Shown: positions 28,401 through 36,558, numbered from the stretch's first letter. The stretch: DNA of 40,259 nucleotides from Chloroflexi bacterium RBG_13_51_52 (GCA_001796525.1 MGMT01000034.1:1-40259); one strand, 5' to 3'. The notes: generated by a model not told the origin, from the letters alone. Numbers and translations: made by a program.

Positions 28401-29255
28401 AAGCTGGCTTCCATCTCCTCCCGCCAGGGTAACTATTATCGTCCTCTCACCTTCTTTTAGCGAAAGGAGCGGACTCGTCACTGCAAAACCGGTATTCAAT
28501 TGGTTTCCACCTGTCATATTGACGAACGTCCTGGTTCCGGGCGGAATTGCCAACCTCCCTTTTTCTGCATCGGCAATAGATGCAGCGTGGATAGTGTGGA
28601 CATGACCTCGGTATTTCCCGGCATAAATAGTCTTGATACTGGCTAACCGCGCCCGGTTAATGACTATATCTTCATCGGTAGCATAACGGATATCGATACC
28701 CCTGCTGTCTTTACCGGCATCGAGCAGTGTGCCTTTGCCGATATGGCAAGAATCATAACCCTTTGCCAGTTCAAACACTGCGTACAGACTGTCCGGAACC
28801 ATCGCTTTCGCCACCAGATGTAAAACATCCCGATAGTAATACTCCAGGTGCCGGCGCGTAATATCACGGAACTGCTGACGGGGGTGACGCAACAGATGAA
28901 GAAAAGCGAGTAATAATACCAGATGGGGCTTGCCCAGGTTTCTTGCAAGTGTGGAGTTTTTTTCGACAAAACCTGAATCATTCATGTATCGAGTTATCAG
29001 GCGTATTTCTTCACTTGGGTCAGTGACAGCTCCGCCGGATACATTAAAGAGTGACGACCAGTTCCCTTCCGGCTCGTTCTTTTCATTAAAGAAACGTATT
29101 TTTTTTGCATAAGCACAGACATATTTCAACAGGTCTTCATCCGAACGTTCCTCCACAGATACATACTGCGGCTCTAATGCCGGCATCATCCTGCTGTGTT
29201 GTCCTGTACCATCTCGTGCCACTATTTGTCCTTTTTCGTTCATCGCTATTATCAT
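25488..29255 (-). CDS. baseplate J / gp6-like protein (Afp11-like), unusually large
   Basis: It is 1255 aa. The C-terminal J-like block is RALAGWDYERIILENFPSVQKTKCL...GGVVIVVVP. It is the first large gene after gp25, as in Afp/PVC loci. It contains an internal K-rich helical insertion at about 27040-27300. Confidence 0.8.
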   Translation of the reverse strand: MIIAMNEKGQIVARDGTGQHSRMMPALEPQYVSVEERSDEDLLKYVCAYAKKIRFFNEKNEPEGNWSSLFNVSGGAVTDPSEEIRLITRYMNDSGFVEKNSTLARNLGKPHLVLLLAFLHLLRHPRQQFRDITRRHLEYYYRDVLHLVAKAMVPDSLYAVFELAKGYDSCHIGKGTLLDAGKDSRGIDIRYATDEDIVINRARLASIKTIYAGKYRGHVHTIHAASIADAEKGRLAIPPGTRTFVNMTGGNQLNTGFAVTSPLLSLKEGERTIIVTLAGGDGSQLPEQFAGLVHDSACPFEISVSTGKDWLKVNRPRLAAGNFIRGNTGDTYNEKELRIIAESGKDSPVQYIVNWHDFNNSQTGRCIVADNGTVYKITGITGEKDLWEVTLVHIGRVEKASNFKCCTLLQNTLRFTLHLYVSAPAITAPESDGSFHDIASAFPFIRFLLKNSTPETSSSSYYEQFSRFVPEKAFIEVDVKGIQDVLLRNETLVLNTKKPFEPFGSTPKVGTGFYIAHRELAVKRLDSFDLHIEWANLPADFEEYYKPYFQYGSTPAPITNDSFNAQLKILLNQVWVPVGEAQQLFGALLGKPVSLQYSRFDLKEYSAIPAVEIPISQDPLEMSRCFKLELGEPDFQQSAYPKVINEAATIQARKIVALTSVKLDQALKLMKSPLITKEIGGLLMQFFSVVKATVKKIGALLKVVEKEEKAIAKKLKDAKKQLDKLSKEAGVTFKKKEGTDVETEISETIPLPYVPVIKTISADYTSSVEIDISNRAGIDASTEMTGRLFQLHPFGYLDLDNVAQPERCLLPRYDDEGCLYLGLSELKPPANISLLYRPEQGKIVHELKPVDIRWSYLSRNQWLDFKKPSILIDTTDTLLATGIISFSVPEETSTENTIMPPGLHWLRAAAKENPGVVPDIIGIETQAAMATFQDLGNAPDHLAKPLEALAVKGLVQKNPAIKSVTQPFDSFNGRMKETGQSFMTRVAERLRHKQRALAGWDYERIILENFPSVQKTKCLNKAEIMQLEPKQRPVSGGVVIVVVPDIRAGLPSSSLEPGVPLRTLKEITDYLKSCAPPFVQPEVRNPRYRRLQYRMTIGLGLGYDPGYYLGRLNQELREFLSPWAYGKSDEICFYTGRQDSALLRFIETREYVDFVADLKVVEPFEMQRDSNYYPGPDVILVSAPEHIIDRVPPAGYREEEYTGLGYMIIGTDFDVNRPQRPQDSIGRMRLGKDFTVRKTREQQSDDSRQDHEKEH

Positions 29256-29279
29256 CCTCGATATTTACCGATAGCAGCA

Positions 29280-29732
29280 CTATAATACCCGGGCGGCACT
29301 TAAATCAGGGGAGGTAGCCTCATTAACATAGAACGGGTATACCATGTTGAATCTAGAATTGGTAGTCCTGATGGTATAGTCAATATGCACTAGCAGCACG
29401 CCGGGTCGGTCTTCCGATTCGGTAACCAGCACATCGTTCACTTTTATCCTCGGCTCGTGTTTCAGCAGGGCATCGGAGACTGCTGACCGCACGCCGGATA
29501 TCAGACTCTCGTTCATCTCCCCGAAAACGAACCGGTTCAGGTCGCAGCCGAAATCGGGGTGCATGAGTCGTTCACCGGGACGGGTCGATAGTATCAACAT
29601 TATCGACTGGGTGATATTTTCGATCCCGGATACCATAACGACACCTTCGCCAGAGCCACCGAATTCCGGAGGAAAACTCCAACCCGTCCCTATATAAGCG
29701 CTCTCACCTTGCATCGGTTCCTCCTTTTTCAT
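29280..29732 (-). CDS. GPW/gp25-family baseplate wedge protein (Afp9-like)
   Basis: GTGWSFPPEF....ENITQSIMLILSTRPGERLMHPDFGCDL matches the gp25 lysozyme-fold family. Confidence 0.9.
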   Translation of the reverse strand: MKKEEPMQGESAYIGTGWSFPPEFGGSGEGVVMVSGIENITQSIMLILSTRPGERLMHPDFGCDLNRFVFGEMNESLISGVRSAVSDALLKHEPRIKVNDVLVTESEDRPGVLLVHIDYTIRTTNSRFNMVYPFYVNEATSPDLSAARVL

Positions 29733-29751
29733 TCTGGATATGCCGTCATTC

Positions 29752-31551
29752 TTAATTGATATCTACCTGTGAGCCTTCAATTTTTATATTCGCTCCCTTG
29801 ATGTTGATATTCTGCCCTGCCTGGAGTGTAATTCCGGTGCTATCGCCGGTTATCTTGTTGCCATTCTTGTCCTGGAGAGATATACCACTACTGCTCATCA
29901 GTACTTTGTTTCCGTTCTTGTCCTCTAAGGTAATACCCTTATCATCGTTCACAACTTTATTACCGTTCTTGTCCTCGGTGTTTATTCCCTTGTCATCAGT
30001 CGTCACTTTATTTCCGTTTTCATCTTCAAGGTGGATGCCTTTATCCTTATCTGATATCCGCAATAGACTGCCGGCTGGTGTTTGGATTTCAATGATTTTG
30101 TTTTCATCATCGAACAACAATTTCAGCGATTCCTTTGTCAGCAGTCCTTTGAGGAAATTATCCTCCGTTATCTCGAAACCGGTCGGCAGAACATTCTTCT
30201 GGCTGAAGAGCGAACCGAGAATGACAGGCTGCCGGGGGTCATCATTAAAAAAGCCGAGAACGACCTCATCGCCTGGTTCCGGACGGAAAAAAATGCCCCG
30301 GGCATTACCCCCGTCAGGAGTCGCCAGCCTCGCCCAGACGGCGTTCTCGGCCGTGTTGATAGCCGGGACTTTCACTTTTACCCGCAATTTATCGTCCGGG
30401 TCTTTTTCAAAAGTATCAACCACGCCGATATGCAGACCGTTAATAGCGGGCAGCAATCCGGCGGAGGGGGGATCAATAATGTTATTATTCTGTGAAAACC
30501 AGTCGGCGGAAACGCCGAACTGTATATCGGTCTGCCAGCCTGATGTACCCACCTGGTGGCGTACCCCGGTTACCAGTGTTTTGCCGTTGAAACACTCGCC
30601 AATGCCTTTAATCTCAATAACATCACCCGGTTTGAAGGAAGCATCTCCAGGGATTTTTATCCTACCCCGCAGCAGCGATGCACGGCTTTTCACCATACCG
30701 GCATCAGCCCATGCTTTCATCTCGTCGGGATTGGCATCTACAGGATGAACAAGTGTATCTTTTAAAGCAGCGATGGTACCCGCCATCTTTCCCCCGTCCA
30801 GGTTGCCCTGGATTAGCGATACCGATGCCGCCTCTTTGGGGTCGGCTATCTTTTGCTCCGCTATATCCCACCAGATGCTCTCGACCGCTTTGACCTGGTT
30901 GTGGATATCGGCTTCCATCTCGAATTCACCGATCTCGCTAACGCCATATTCGAAAGTCGTGGTCGGCTGTCCGCTGGCCTCCGGGGACATGGAATTCACT
31001 TTACCGTCATCTACCACGACGATTTGCCCGTTCACATCGGCGCGTGACAAAAGGAAGTCCCAATCAGTGCAGTAATATTGAATCATTTCTTTGTGCTGGC
31101 AAGTCGTATCAGCGATAGTCCCTGCTGTCAGACCACCATCGGATATCAGCTTTTTAATGATGGCATCATCTTTCATGTCCTTGAAAACGGCGCTCTTACG
31201 GCTGACGGTGAGCTTGATGGCGGCGTCCCGCAGTTCGACTGTAAGAAACGAAGAGTCCGTACTCGCCCGAACGCCGTGCCGGATGGCGATACCCTTAAAA
31301 ACAGTAGCGTCCTGTCCCGCTTTTCCCTGTGCCCCCTCGTACCTCAATTTGACTTCTATTTCTTTCCCCGGTTCGAAAAACCCGGTATCGCTTATCTCGA
31401 ATTTCTTTTTGGTAGCATCTCCGTCAAGCAAGACCAGTTTGGCGGAAGGAATTTTGTTTACTGTCTTGATAATATCCATCGAGATGAGATCGTAATCCGT
31501 GCTCATCTTTGTTCCGCCGCTCAATATCGTGGCTGTTATTACTCCACCCAT
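29752..31551 (-). CDS. VgrG / gpD-gp5-like spike protein (Afp8-like)
   Basis: It is 599 aa, with a gp27/gpD-like N-terminal region, an OB-fold region (VVDTFEKDPDDKLRVKVKVP...GIFFRPEPGDEVVLGF.NDDPRQPVILG) and a C-terminal beta-helix repeat region. The ATG lies 3 nt after the upstream stop. Confidence 0.9.
   Translation of the reverse strand: MGGVITATILSGGTKMSTDYDLISMDIIKTVNKIPSAKLVLLDGDATKKKFEISDTGFFEPGKEIEVKLRYEGAQGKAGQDATVFKGIAIRHGVRASTDSSFLTVELRDAAIKLTVSRKSAVFKDMKDDAIIKKLISDGGLTAGTIADTTCQHKEMIQYYCTDWDFLLSRADVNGQIVVVDDGKVNSMSPEASGQPTTTFEYGVSEIGEFEMEADIHNQVKAVESIWWDIAEQKIADPKEAASVSLIQGNLDGGKMAGTIAALKDTLVHPVDANPDEMKAWADAGMVKSRASLLRGRIKIPGDASFKPGDVIEIKGIGECFNGKTLVTGVRHQVGTSGWQTDIQFGVSADWFSQNNNIIDPPSAGLLPAINGLHIGVVDTFEKDPDDKLRVKVKVPAINTAENAVWARLATPDGGNARGIFFRPEPGDEVVLGFFNDDPRQPVILGSLFSQKNVLPTGFEITEDNFLKGLLTKESLKLLFDDENKIIEIQTPAGSLLRISDKDKGIHLEDENGNKVTTDDKGINTEDKNGNKVVNDDKGITLEDKNGNKVLMSSSGISLQDKNGNKITGDSTGITLQAGQNINIKGANIKIEGSQVDIN
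29836..30039 (-). repeat. four tandem 51-nt (17-aa) coding repeats forming the VgrG C-terminal beta-helix
   Basis: The units are GIHLEDENGNKVTTDDK / GINTEDKNGNKVVNDDK / GITLEDKNGNKVLMSSS / GISLQDKNGNKITGDST. They are visible in the DNA as repeated ...ccgttcttgtcct... units. Confidence 0.85.
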
Positions 31552-31554
31552 TAT

Positions 31555-32232
31555 TTACTTCTCCACAGGGGGAAAGGTAAGTGTCTTCCCCGGTTCCAGT
31601 CTTCTAAAATTATTAAGCCTATTGGTAAGGGCAATCTGGATGTAATAGGAAGGATTGTTATAAACCCTGGCAGCCAGCAACGGCAGGGTGTCGCTGCCGC
31701 AAACCATCCTGATATGCGTCAGGTCGGCAGACTCCTTTCGGACGCGCTTGGAAGGCTGTATATCGCCTTCGAACTCCGTATTCAGTTCGGCGCGCAACGG
31801 CTGGCCGCTGCGATTAAAAAGAGTGTACTTAATTTCTACCGATGCCAGCCGGCAATCGAAGTTCAGGTCTCCCCACTCCACCTTCAGATACTTAGGCTGG
31901 TGGAGCGCCTCATCCATGTAGCAGGTCATTTCCAGGAACTGCTGCACTTGCTTATAAATATCCTTGCCACCGCCGAGAAGTTCAACGCCGTAATTGATGG
32001 CTCCTGTATTATCCAGGATCAGGGTAACCGACAGCTTCTGCGGTTTACTTAAGGAATAGCGGGCTTCCCGCCCGTCCGTATCGATGCCCTGGAACTTCTG
32101 ATATACATTTGCGTAATTAAGCGAATAAGACTGCGGATTGAACATCGCCTCAAAAACGCCCTGCGGCGTGCCGCTCCGCCCTTCACTCGAATACGCTGAA
32201 ATTTTCAATTTTTGCAGTTTAATCGTAACCAA
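31555..32232 (-). CDS. tube-initiator/baseplate hub protein with C-terminal LysM domain (Afp7-like)
   Basis: The start is TTG. The N-terminus has a tube-like fold signature (KLKISAYSS...FEAMFNPQSYSL). The C-terminus has a LysM domain (HIRMVCGSDTLPLLAARVYNNPSYYIQIALTNRLNNFRRLEPGKTLTFP). Confidence 0.8.
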   Translation of the reverse strand: MVTIKLQKLKISAYSSEGRSGTPQGVFEAMFNPQSYSLNYANVYQKFQGIDTDGREARYSLSKPQKLSVTLILDNTGAINYGVELLGGGKDIYKQVQQFLEMTCYMDEALHQPKYLKVEWGDLNFDCRLASVEIKYTLFNRSGQPLRAELNTEFEGDIQPSKRVRKESADLTHIRMVCGSDTLPLLAARVYNNPSYYIQIALTNRLNNFRRLEPGKTLTFPPVEK

Positions 32233-32255
32233 GGTATTGTCCTGTCTTTGTCAGA

Positions 32256-32423
32256 CTACCTTTCCTTTTGTCTCTCGATTATTTTTAAGACCTGCTCGAC
32301 GCACTCAGCGATAATTTCCTTTTCATCAGTGGTATCACCGTCTTCCTGAGAGCTTTCTTCAGTTGTCCCAGCTCCGCCGGTAATGGTTGCCCTGATGATT
32401 AATTCACGAATTTCAATAGGCAT
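32256..32423 (-). CDS. 55-aa DUF5908-like protein (Afp6 position); not in the supplied ORF track (<60 aa)
   Basis: I translated it by hand: MPIEIRELIIRATITGGAGTTEESSQEDGDTTDEKEIIAECVEQVLKIIERQKER. The MPIEI-x-EL start is, as I recall, typical of the small eCIS gene between tube-2 and Afp7. The ATG lies 2 nt after the tube-2 stop (TAATGATG). Confidence 0.6.
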   Translation of the reverse strand: MPIEIRELIIRATITGGAGTTEESSQEDGDTTDEKEIIAECVEQVLKIIERQKER

Positions 32424-32425
32424 CA

Positions 32426-32914
32426 TTAAATCCTTAAAATTTGAAAACGCGTAAAGGCAAGTTCCATTGTATCTACTACAATTGCATTAGCTGTTGCATC
32501 GAGGTCGGATACGGCCCACTTGACCGGAAATGCTTTCAGAAAAAGCCAGTTAGCGATGGGGAGACTTTTTTCACTCAACAGGCTTACCATGACGTTGCTG
32601 GGCGCGAACTGAAAAAGGCTCATCGCAGCGTTGAATTCGATATTCAAAGGAGAGCCGATAACCATGCCCCTTTCCAGTTTCAGATTTTCGTAGGTTATTC
32701 CTTTCGGCAGATGATACGTACAAAGATTTTCACCGCCTTCGTTCAACGTTTCTGTATCCACGGTGGCTGTTATTCCAGAGACTTTCTGAAATCTAATATC
32801 CAGCGGATTCGGTATAACTCCCCCGGCAAAAAAAGTCACCTGAAAGTAATACCCCACCGGCGGATTCTTGGTGAGAGAGAGCTCCGGTAATGCCAGACTG
32901 CCTACCATAATCAT
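32426..32914 (-). CDS. second tail tube-family protein (Afp5-like, T4 gp19 fold)
   Basis: VGYYFQVTFF.......DIRFQKVSGI...TYENLKLERGMV matches the tube family signature (F.V.i.g....F.evsGL...y.nl.l.rG). Confidence 0.8.
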   Translation of the reverse strand: MIMVGSLALPELSLTKNPPVGYYFQVTFFAGGVIPNPLDIRFQKVSGITATVDTETLNEGGENLCTYHLPKGITYENLKLERGMVIGSPLNIEFNAAMSLFQFAPSNVMVSLLSEKSLPIANWLFLKAFPVKWAVSDLDATANAIVVDTMELAFTRFQILRI

Positions 32915-32950
32915 GTCCTTCTTTAGTATTTCCCCCAGTTGCCCGGTTGC

Positions 32951-33002
32951 GGCCGACTACGCTGCCTGCTCTTGTCTTTTACTGCTGACAGCGTAGCCGG
33001 TC
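32951..33002 (-). other. intercistronic stem-loop between the major tube gene and the downstream genes
   Basis: A perfect 8-bp inverted repeat pairs CTACGCTG (32957-64) with CAGCGTAG (32989-96). GGCC/CGGT extends it by 4 more pairs (one G:T) across one mismatch. The loop is 24 nt and no U-tract follows. Confidence 0.4.
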
Positions 33003-33029
33003 GTTATACAATCCCAGCGATCTGCGAGA

Positions 33030-33491
33030 TTAGTGGTACTCAATGGAAAGGCTATCCGCTCTTAAATCCAGGCTCTCGATGGCGACATCATTGCTGGTGG
33101 CATCGAATGTCGGAGCTTCCATCTTCTTGGGGAAAGCGTTGGTGACTTTCCATGACACCACCGGGGCATCGCCCTCGTCCATGAGGGATATGGTGACGTC
33201 TTTCTTCACCACGGTATTCAGATTAATGGTATTTATCCAATCGAAGAGCTTCTTGTCACCCCTTACGATACCCTTCTTCATGGTTATATCTACCGGCGAG
33301 CGTTGACCGGGCATGTACTTGGCGCCTTCCTTGTGACTCAAGCCGTCTTTATAGGTTATCGGGTCTTCATACCCGATGGTAAGGCCTGAAACTTCTTTAA
33401 AGGCGATGGGGTCGAGTCCGTCAATCTTGACGCTGTAGTAGTAAACGGGCAGCGGATACTTGGTTTTAATATCACTTACAGTAGTTGCCAT
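33030..33491 (-). CDS. major tail tube protein (Afp1-like, T4 gp19 fold)
   Basis: YPLPVYYYSVKIDGLDPIAFKEVSGLTIGYE is the canonical eCIS/T4 gp19 tube signature. A GGAGA RBS is present. Confidence 0.9.
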   Translation of the reverse strand: MATTVSDIKTKYPLPVYYYSVKIDGLDPIAFKEVSGLTIGYEDPITYKDGLSHKEGAKYMPGQRSPVDITMKKGIVRGDKKLFDWINTINLNTVVKKDVTISLMDEGDAPVVSWKVTNAFPKKMEAPTFDATSNDVAIESLDLRADSLSIEYH

Positions 33492-33523
33492 TGTTATAAT
33501 CTCCTTCCATCACGTGGTATAGG

Positions 33524-35473
33524 CTAAGCTTCCTGCATCTTGTGCGAGAATCTAAGGATAATGAACTCTGCCGGGCGGACCGCCGCAATGCCGACCTCGA
33601 TAATCATGCGGCCTTCCAGAATATCCTGCTCGGTCATCGTGACACCGAGACCGACCCGTACAAAGAATGCCTGTTCCGCCTTCGAACCCACCAGCGCTCC
33701 CTGTCGCCATAGCCCCTCCAGGTAGCTCTCAATCATTGCCTTGACTTTCAGCCAGGCCATCGCGTCGTTTGGCCCGAAGACTGCCCACGCCGTGGATTTC
33801 TTCACGGATTGCTCAATCATGATAAAAAGCCGGCGGACGGGGATATATCGCCATTCATTATCGTTGCCGGCCAGCGTCCGTGAACCCCAGACTAAAACGC
33901 CCTGTCCCGCGAACGCGCGGATGGCGTTGATAGACTTTCCAGCTGTCGTATCGATATTGAGATTTTCCTGGTCGGCGCTGGTGATTTTTACCATGGGTTT
34001 GATAACGGCCGATACACCTTCATTAGCCGGAGCGTTCCATACACCCCTGGTACGGTCGACGCGGGCATATATGCCGGCAATACCCGGACTCGGCGGAAGG
34101 ATGACCCGCTGCTTGGCTAATCCGGCTTTAATCTTGTTGTACAATGCCGTTGACTCTAACCTGATGGCGGTGTGGCCAAGATAAAAAGTATCATCCTGTG
34201 CCTGGTAGTATACGAGCGGGGTAGAATCCATAGCCGCCGATATTACCGGATGTGAATCGAATTGCTGGACATTGAACTTGCCTTTATCACCACTCCAGTT
34301 ATTCCAGGCTTCTACAATGTCTTCCACGATTCTTCCATCCTCGGGGATAGTAATCGTTAAGGTATTGGTGGCACTATCGACGGTGAAAGCGATGACTTTG
34401 CCGCTCATCTTGACCTCCACTTGAGCAGCAGGGGTAGCTTTACCGCGATAGGTTATCCTCATATCGGAAATTTCGAGAGGGGCAGGTTTAACACCGCCGC
34501 TGCCGGCTGAAATAAATGTGGTCCTATGCAGATGGAAGTTGCCTGGTATTCCTTTCGCCGTCCATGCCGCAACAATATCATCAACGGTATCGCCACCGCT
34601 CTTGAGTGTAATCGTGAGTGTATTGGTAACCTGGTCTAGGGCAAAGGTAGGCTCGGTGACATCACCGATGACTATTTGCGCGTTGGGCGGGATGGCAGCC
34701 TGGCCGGTATAACCGATACGCAGACTCCCAGTGATCAGTTCGCCGTTTCTGTCTACAAAGCCCAGAATAGCGACACTCTCGTCGGTATAGGACAGATTGA
34801 TAGATGTCTGGAGGTAGGGATAATAGGCTGCGGCATATTTAAGGTCGCCCAGGATGTTATCACGGAAAGCCGCCCCGATTTTCCCCCGGCCGTCATTATC
34901 ATCCGCCAGCACATCGAAAATGGCGAAGCGGTCATGTAAATCGCTGCATTGCTGTAGTGAAGACTGACACAACTCGTAGTAATCGGCAGCGGCCAGATTG
35001 ACTGCATCCGTTAGCAAGATTAAAGTGGGCTCATCTTCTTTTCTTAGCACATCAAGACCACCGGTCCCATCATCATTCTTGAAACGGTCTTTTTTTAAGG
35101 GCTCGGTGTAGTTTCCCACGGAGACGATGTAACAGGGCCCGCCGCCGTTCTTGAAATAGAGGCTTAGGCTGTAATAAAGTAAAAACGGTGGGTTGATTAC
35201 ATCGGATATCTTGATAGAATCTATCTCGCGGTTACCATGGTCATCCGTAGTCAGCTGCACTTTAAAATTGCTGACCGGGGGGCCTCCGAACATGGAATGA
35301 TAATCAAGGAGACTGCTAATGCGGGTGGGTTTGTTCAATAGACTTTCATCACCGAACTTGGCGTATTCCGTGTAACCAATGAAAGCCGGAATTGCGGTAG
35401 CCACTTCAGCTACCGATGGCGGAAGAAGCGATATTTCTTCCGTATATACTCCTGGTGTCTTGTAAGTTGCCAT
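33524..35473 (-). CDS. contractile tail sheath protein (Afp2-4-like) with an internal tandem-duplicated insertion
   Basis: The canonical N-terminus is MATYKTPGVYTEEIS..P.....ATAIPAFIGYTE. The C-terminal sheath domain is GVWNAPAN..........NINAIR.F.GQGVLVWG.RTL....EWRYIPVRRL. It is 649 aa. AGGAGG RBS. Confidence 0.95.
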   Translation of the reverse strand: MATYKTPGVYTEEISLLPPSVAEVATAIPAFIGYTEYAKFGDESLLNKPTRISSLLDYHSMFGGPPVSNFKVQLTTDDHGNREIDSIKISDVINPPFLLYYSLSLYFKNGGGPCYIVSVGNYTEPLKKDRFKNDDGTGGLDVLRKEDEPTLILLTDAVNLAAADYYELCQSSLQQCSDLHDRFAIFDVLADDNDGRGKIGAAFRDNILGDLKYAAAYYPYLQTSINLSYTDESVAILGFVDRNGELITGSLRIGYTGQAAIPPNAQIVIGDVTEPTFALDQVTNTLTITLKSGGDTVDDIVAAWTAKGIPGNFHLHRTTFISAGSGGVKPAPLEISDMRITYRGKATPAAQVEVKMSGKVIAFTVDSATNTLTITIPEDGRIVEDIVEAWNNWSGDKGKFNVQQFDSHPVISAAMDSTPLVYYQAQDDTFYLGHTAIRLESTALYNKIKAGLAKQRVILPPSPGIAGIYARVDRTRGVWNAPANEGVSAVIKPMVKITSADQENLNIDTTAGKSINAIRAFAGQGVLVWGSRTLAGNDNEWRYIPVRRLFIMIEQSVKKSTAWAVFGPNDAMAWLKVKAMIESYLEGLWRQGALVGSKAEQAFFVRVGLGVTMTEQDILEGRMIIEVGIAAVRPAEFIILRFSHKMQEA

Positions 35474-35539
35474 AGAGTCTTTTTCCTCCTATATATCGTT
35501 ACTACTCGAGGTGCGTCTTACCTTTGAGAGATATCAGCT

Positions 35540-36184
35540 CTACCCGTCCGGTTGAACGGAAGAATCGAATCTGATTCTCTCTCCGATATTCTCGGACCCA
35601 CGGGAATTGACTAATTTTAATTCTCTTTCTCTCACCTCCTTAGTCTTTTCAGGCGTATGAATATCGACACTTAACGTTATCTGGTAATTGACAGCGACTC
35701 TGGGTTTTACACCCATAGCCTGCCAGAAAGGTCCCATACTGAAATGTTCCGGCTGCAGTGCTACCGCCCTGATTATTGTGGCAGTCCCGTCTTTCAGACT
35801 TCCGTAGAGACTATCCCGGGGGAAGGTACGCCCTTTAAGCAGGGATTTCATAGCCTGACCAAGCAGACGGTGCTCCTCCAGCATATGATTTGGCGAGCTA
35901 TCGCTGGTCCAGGCTGTTATGATATAGGAGCATTCAATCTGGACCTGAGGCTTTTTTACACTACCGGTATCAGCTTTTCCTTTTTCCCACATCCATTCCG
36001 TATTGCGGAGTTCCAGATTTTCTAACGCAGTATAAAGAAAAAGATTGATAGCTGGAAGCTTTATCCATGCCGGGGGAAATTTGCTGTCCGGCGGGTCAAA
36101 ACTGATAGCCACCGATTTTACCAAATCCGGTGCCAGGTTCTGCTTTAGTAAATTTTCCAGACTTTTATCCAGATCGCCAAACAT
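35540..36184 (-). CDS. DUF4255 / Pvc16-N-domain protein (Afp16-like tail cap/terminator)
   Basis: The family-typical N-terminus is LDKSLENLLKQNL......VAISFDPPD.......LPAINLFLYTALENLELRN. It is the first structural gene of the operon, as in many non-Afp-order eCIS loci. Confidence 0.85.
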   Translation of the reverse strand: MFGDLDKSLENLLKQNLAPDLVKSVAISFDPPDSKFPPAWIKLPAINLFLYTALENLELRNTEWMWEKGKADTGSVKKPQVQIECSYIITAWTSDSSPNHMLEEHRLLGQAMKSLLKGRTFPRDSLYGSLKDGTATIIRAVALQPEHFSMGPFWQAMGVKPRVAVNYQITLSVDIHTPEKTKEVRERELKLVNSRGSENIGERIRFDSSVQPDG

Positions 36185-36223
36185 TTCGACATTCCTTCAG
36201 CGCGACTTTATCTCGGCAGTTAT

Positions 36224-36448
36224 TTATCCTTTTTCATCGTCAGCTTGAGAAGCACGAAAATAGTCCTTTCGACCTTTATCAGAGTAGCCGGGATGCGGGC
36301 CGAGATGACTCTTTATGAATTCCACCATCTTTTCCATAGTGATGAAATATGTTGCGTCCTGTGACCCCACATGCTGGATATGTCCTCTAAATTTTGCCGT
36401 CGCTTCGTTTGTCCAGATTTTTACCACGAAAGAATTGTATTGTCCCAT
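36224..36448 (-). CDS. small hypothetical protein, first ORF of the CIS operon
   Basis: I prefer the internal ATG 36448 (MGQYNSFVVKIWTNE...FRGHIQHVGSQDATYFITMEKMVEFI) over the track start at 36523. The upstream extension is Cys/Leu-rich and overlaps promoter-like AT-rich repeats. No clear RBS is present. Confidence 0.45.
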   Translation of the reverse strand: MGQYNSFVVKIWTNEATAKFRGHIQHVGSQDATYFITMEKMVEFIKSHLGPHPGYSDKGRKDYFRASQADDEKG

Positions 36449-36469
36449 GTTTTTACACAAGGTCTTTCC

Positions 36470-36558
36470 GGTTAAAAATATACGCGCAGTATTTATATCA
36501 AAGGCTAGACAAAGATAACACACGGCGGTTAAAAAAAAATCAATCGATGGTTAAAAAT
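36470..36558 (-). promoter_or_regulatory. three direct repeats GGTTAAAAA(T) plus an extended -10-like element; candidate SARP-dependent promoter of the CIS operon
   Basis: The repeats lie at 36470-36479, 36527-36535 and 36549-36558 (plus-strand coordinates), and the last two are exactly 22 bp apart. On the minus strand, TGATATAAAT (reverse complement of about 36491-36500) lies just downstream of them. Confidence 0.4.

Noticed and set aside
29836-30039. Regular 51-nt tandem repeats, which could be taken for a CRISPR-like or satellite array
   Set aside because: The repeats are in frame within VgrG and encode a 17-aa beta-helix unit (GI.LEDKNGNKV....). There is no unique-spacer/repeat alternation, and no cas genes occur in the window.
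29756-30748. 330-aa plus-strand ORF (and 31078..32052, 324 aa) across the VgrG/Afp7 region
   Set aside because: Both are antisense to minus-strand genes with strong family signatures (VgrG, LysM protein). 31078..32052 even spans the boundary between two of them. Their sequences are low-complexity (S/L/P/F/R-rich) mirror products of the VgrG repeats and resemble no family.
12658-36184. Interpretation as a defective myovirus prophage or as a type VI secretion system
   Set aside because: There are no capsid, portal, terminase, lysis, replication or integrase genes. There are also no TssB/TssC pair, ClpV, TssJLM, TssA or Hcp-type genes. The presence of DUF4255, DUF4157, an Afp15-type ATPase and an eCIS-type tape measure points to the eCIS/CIS class.
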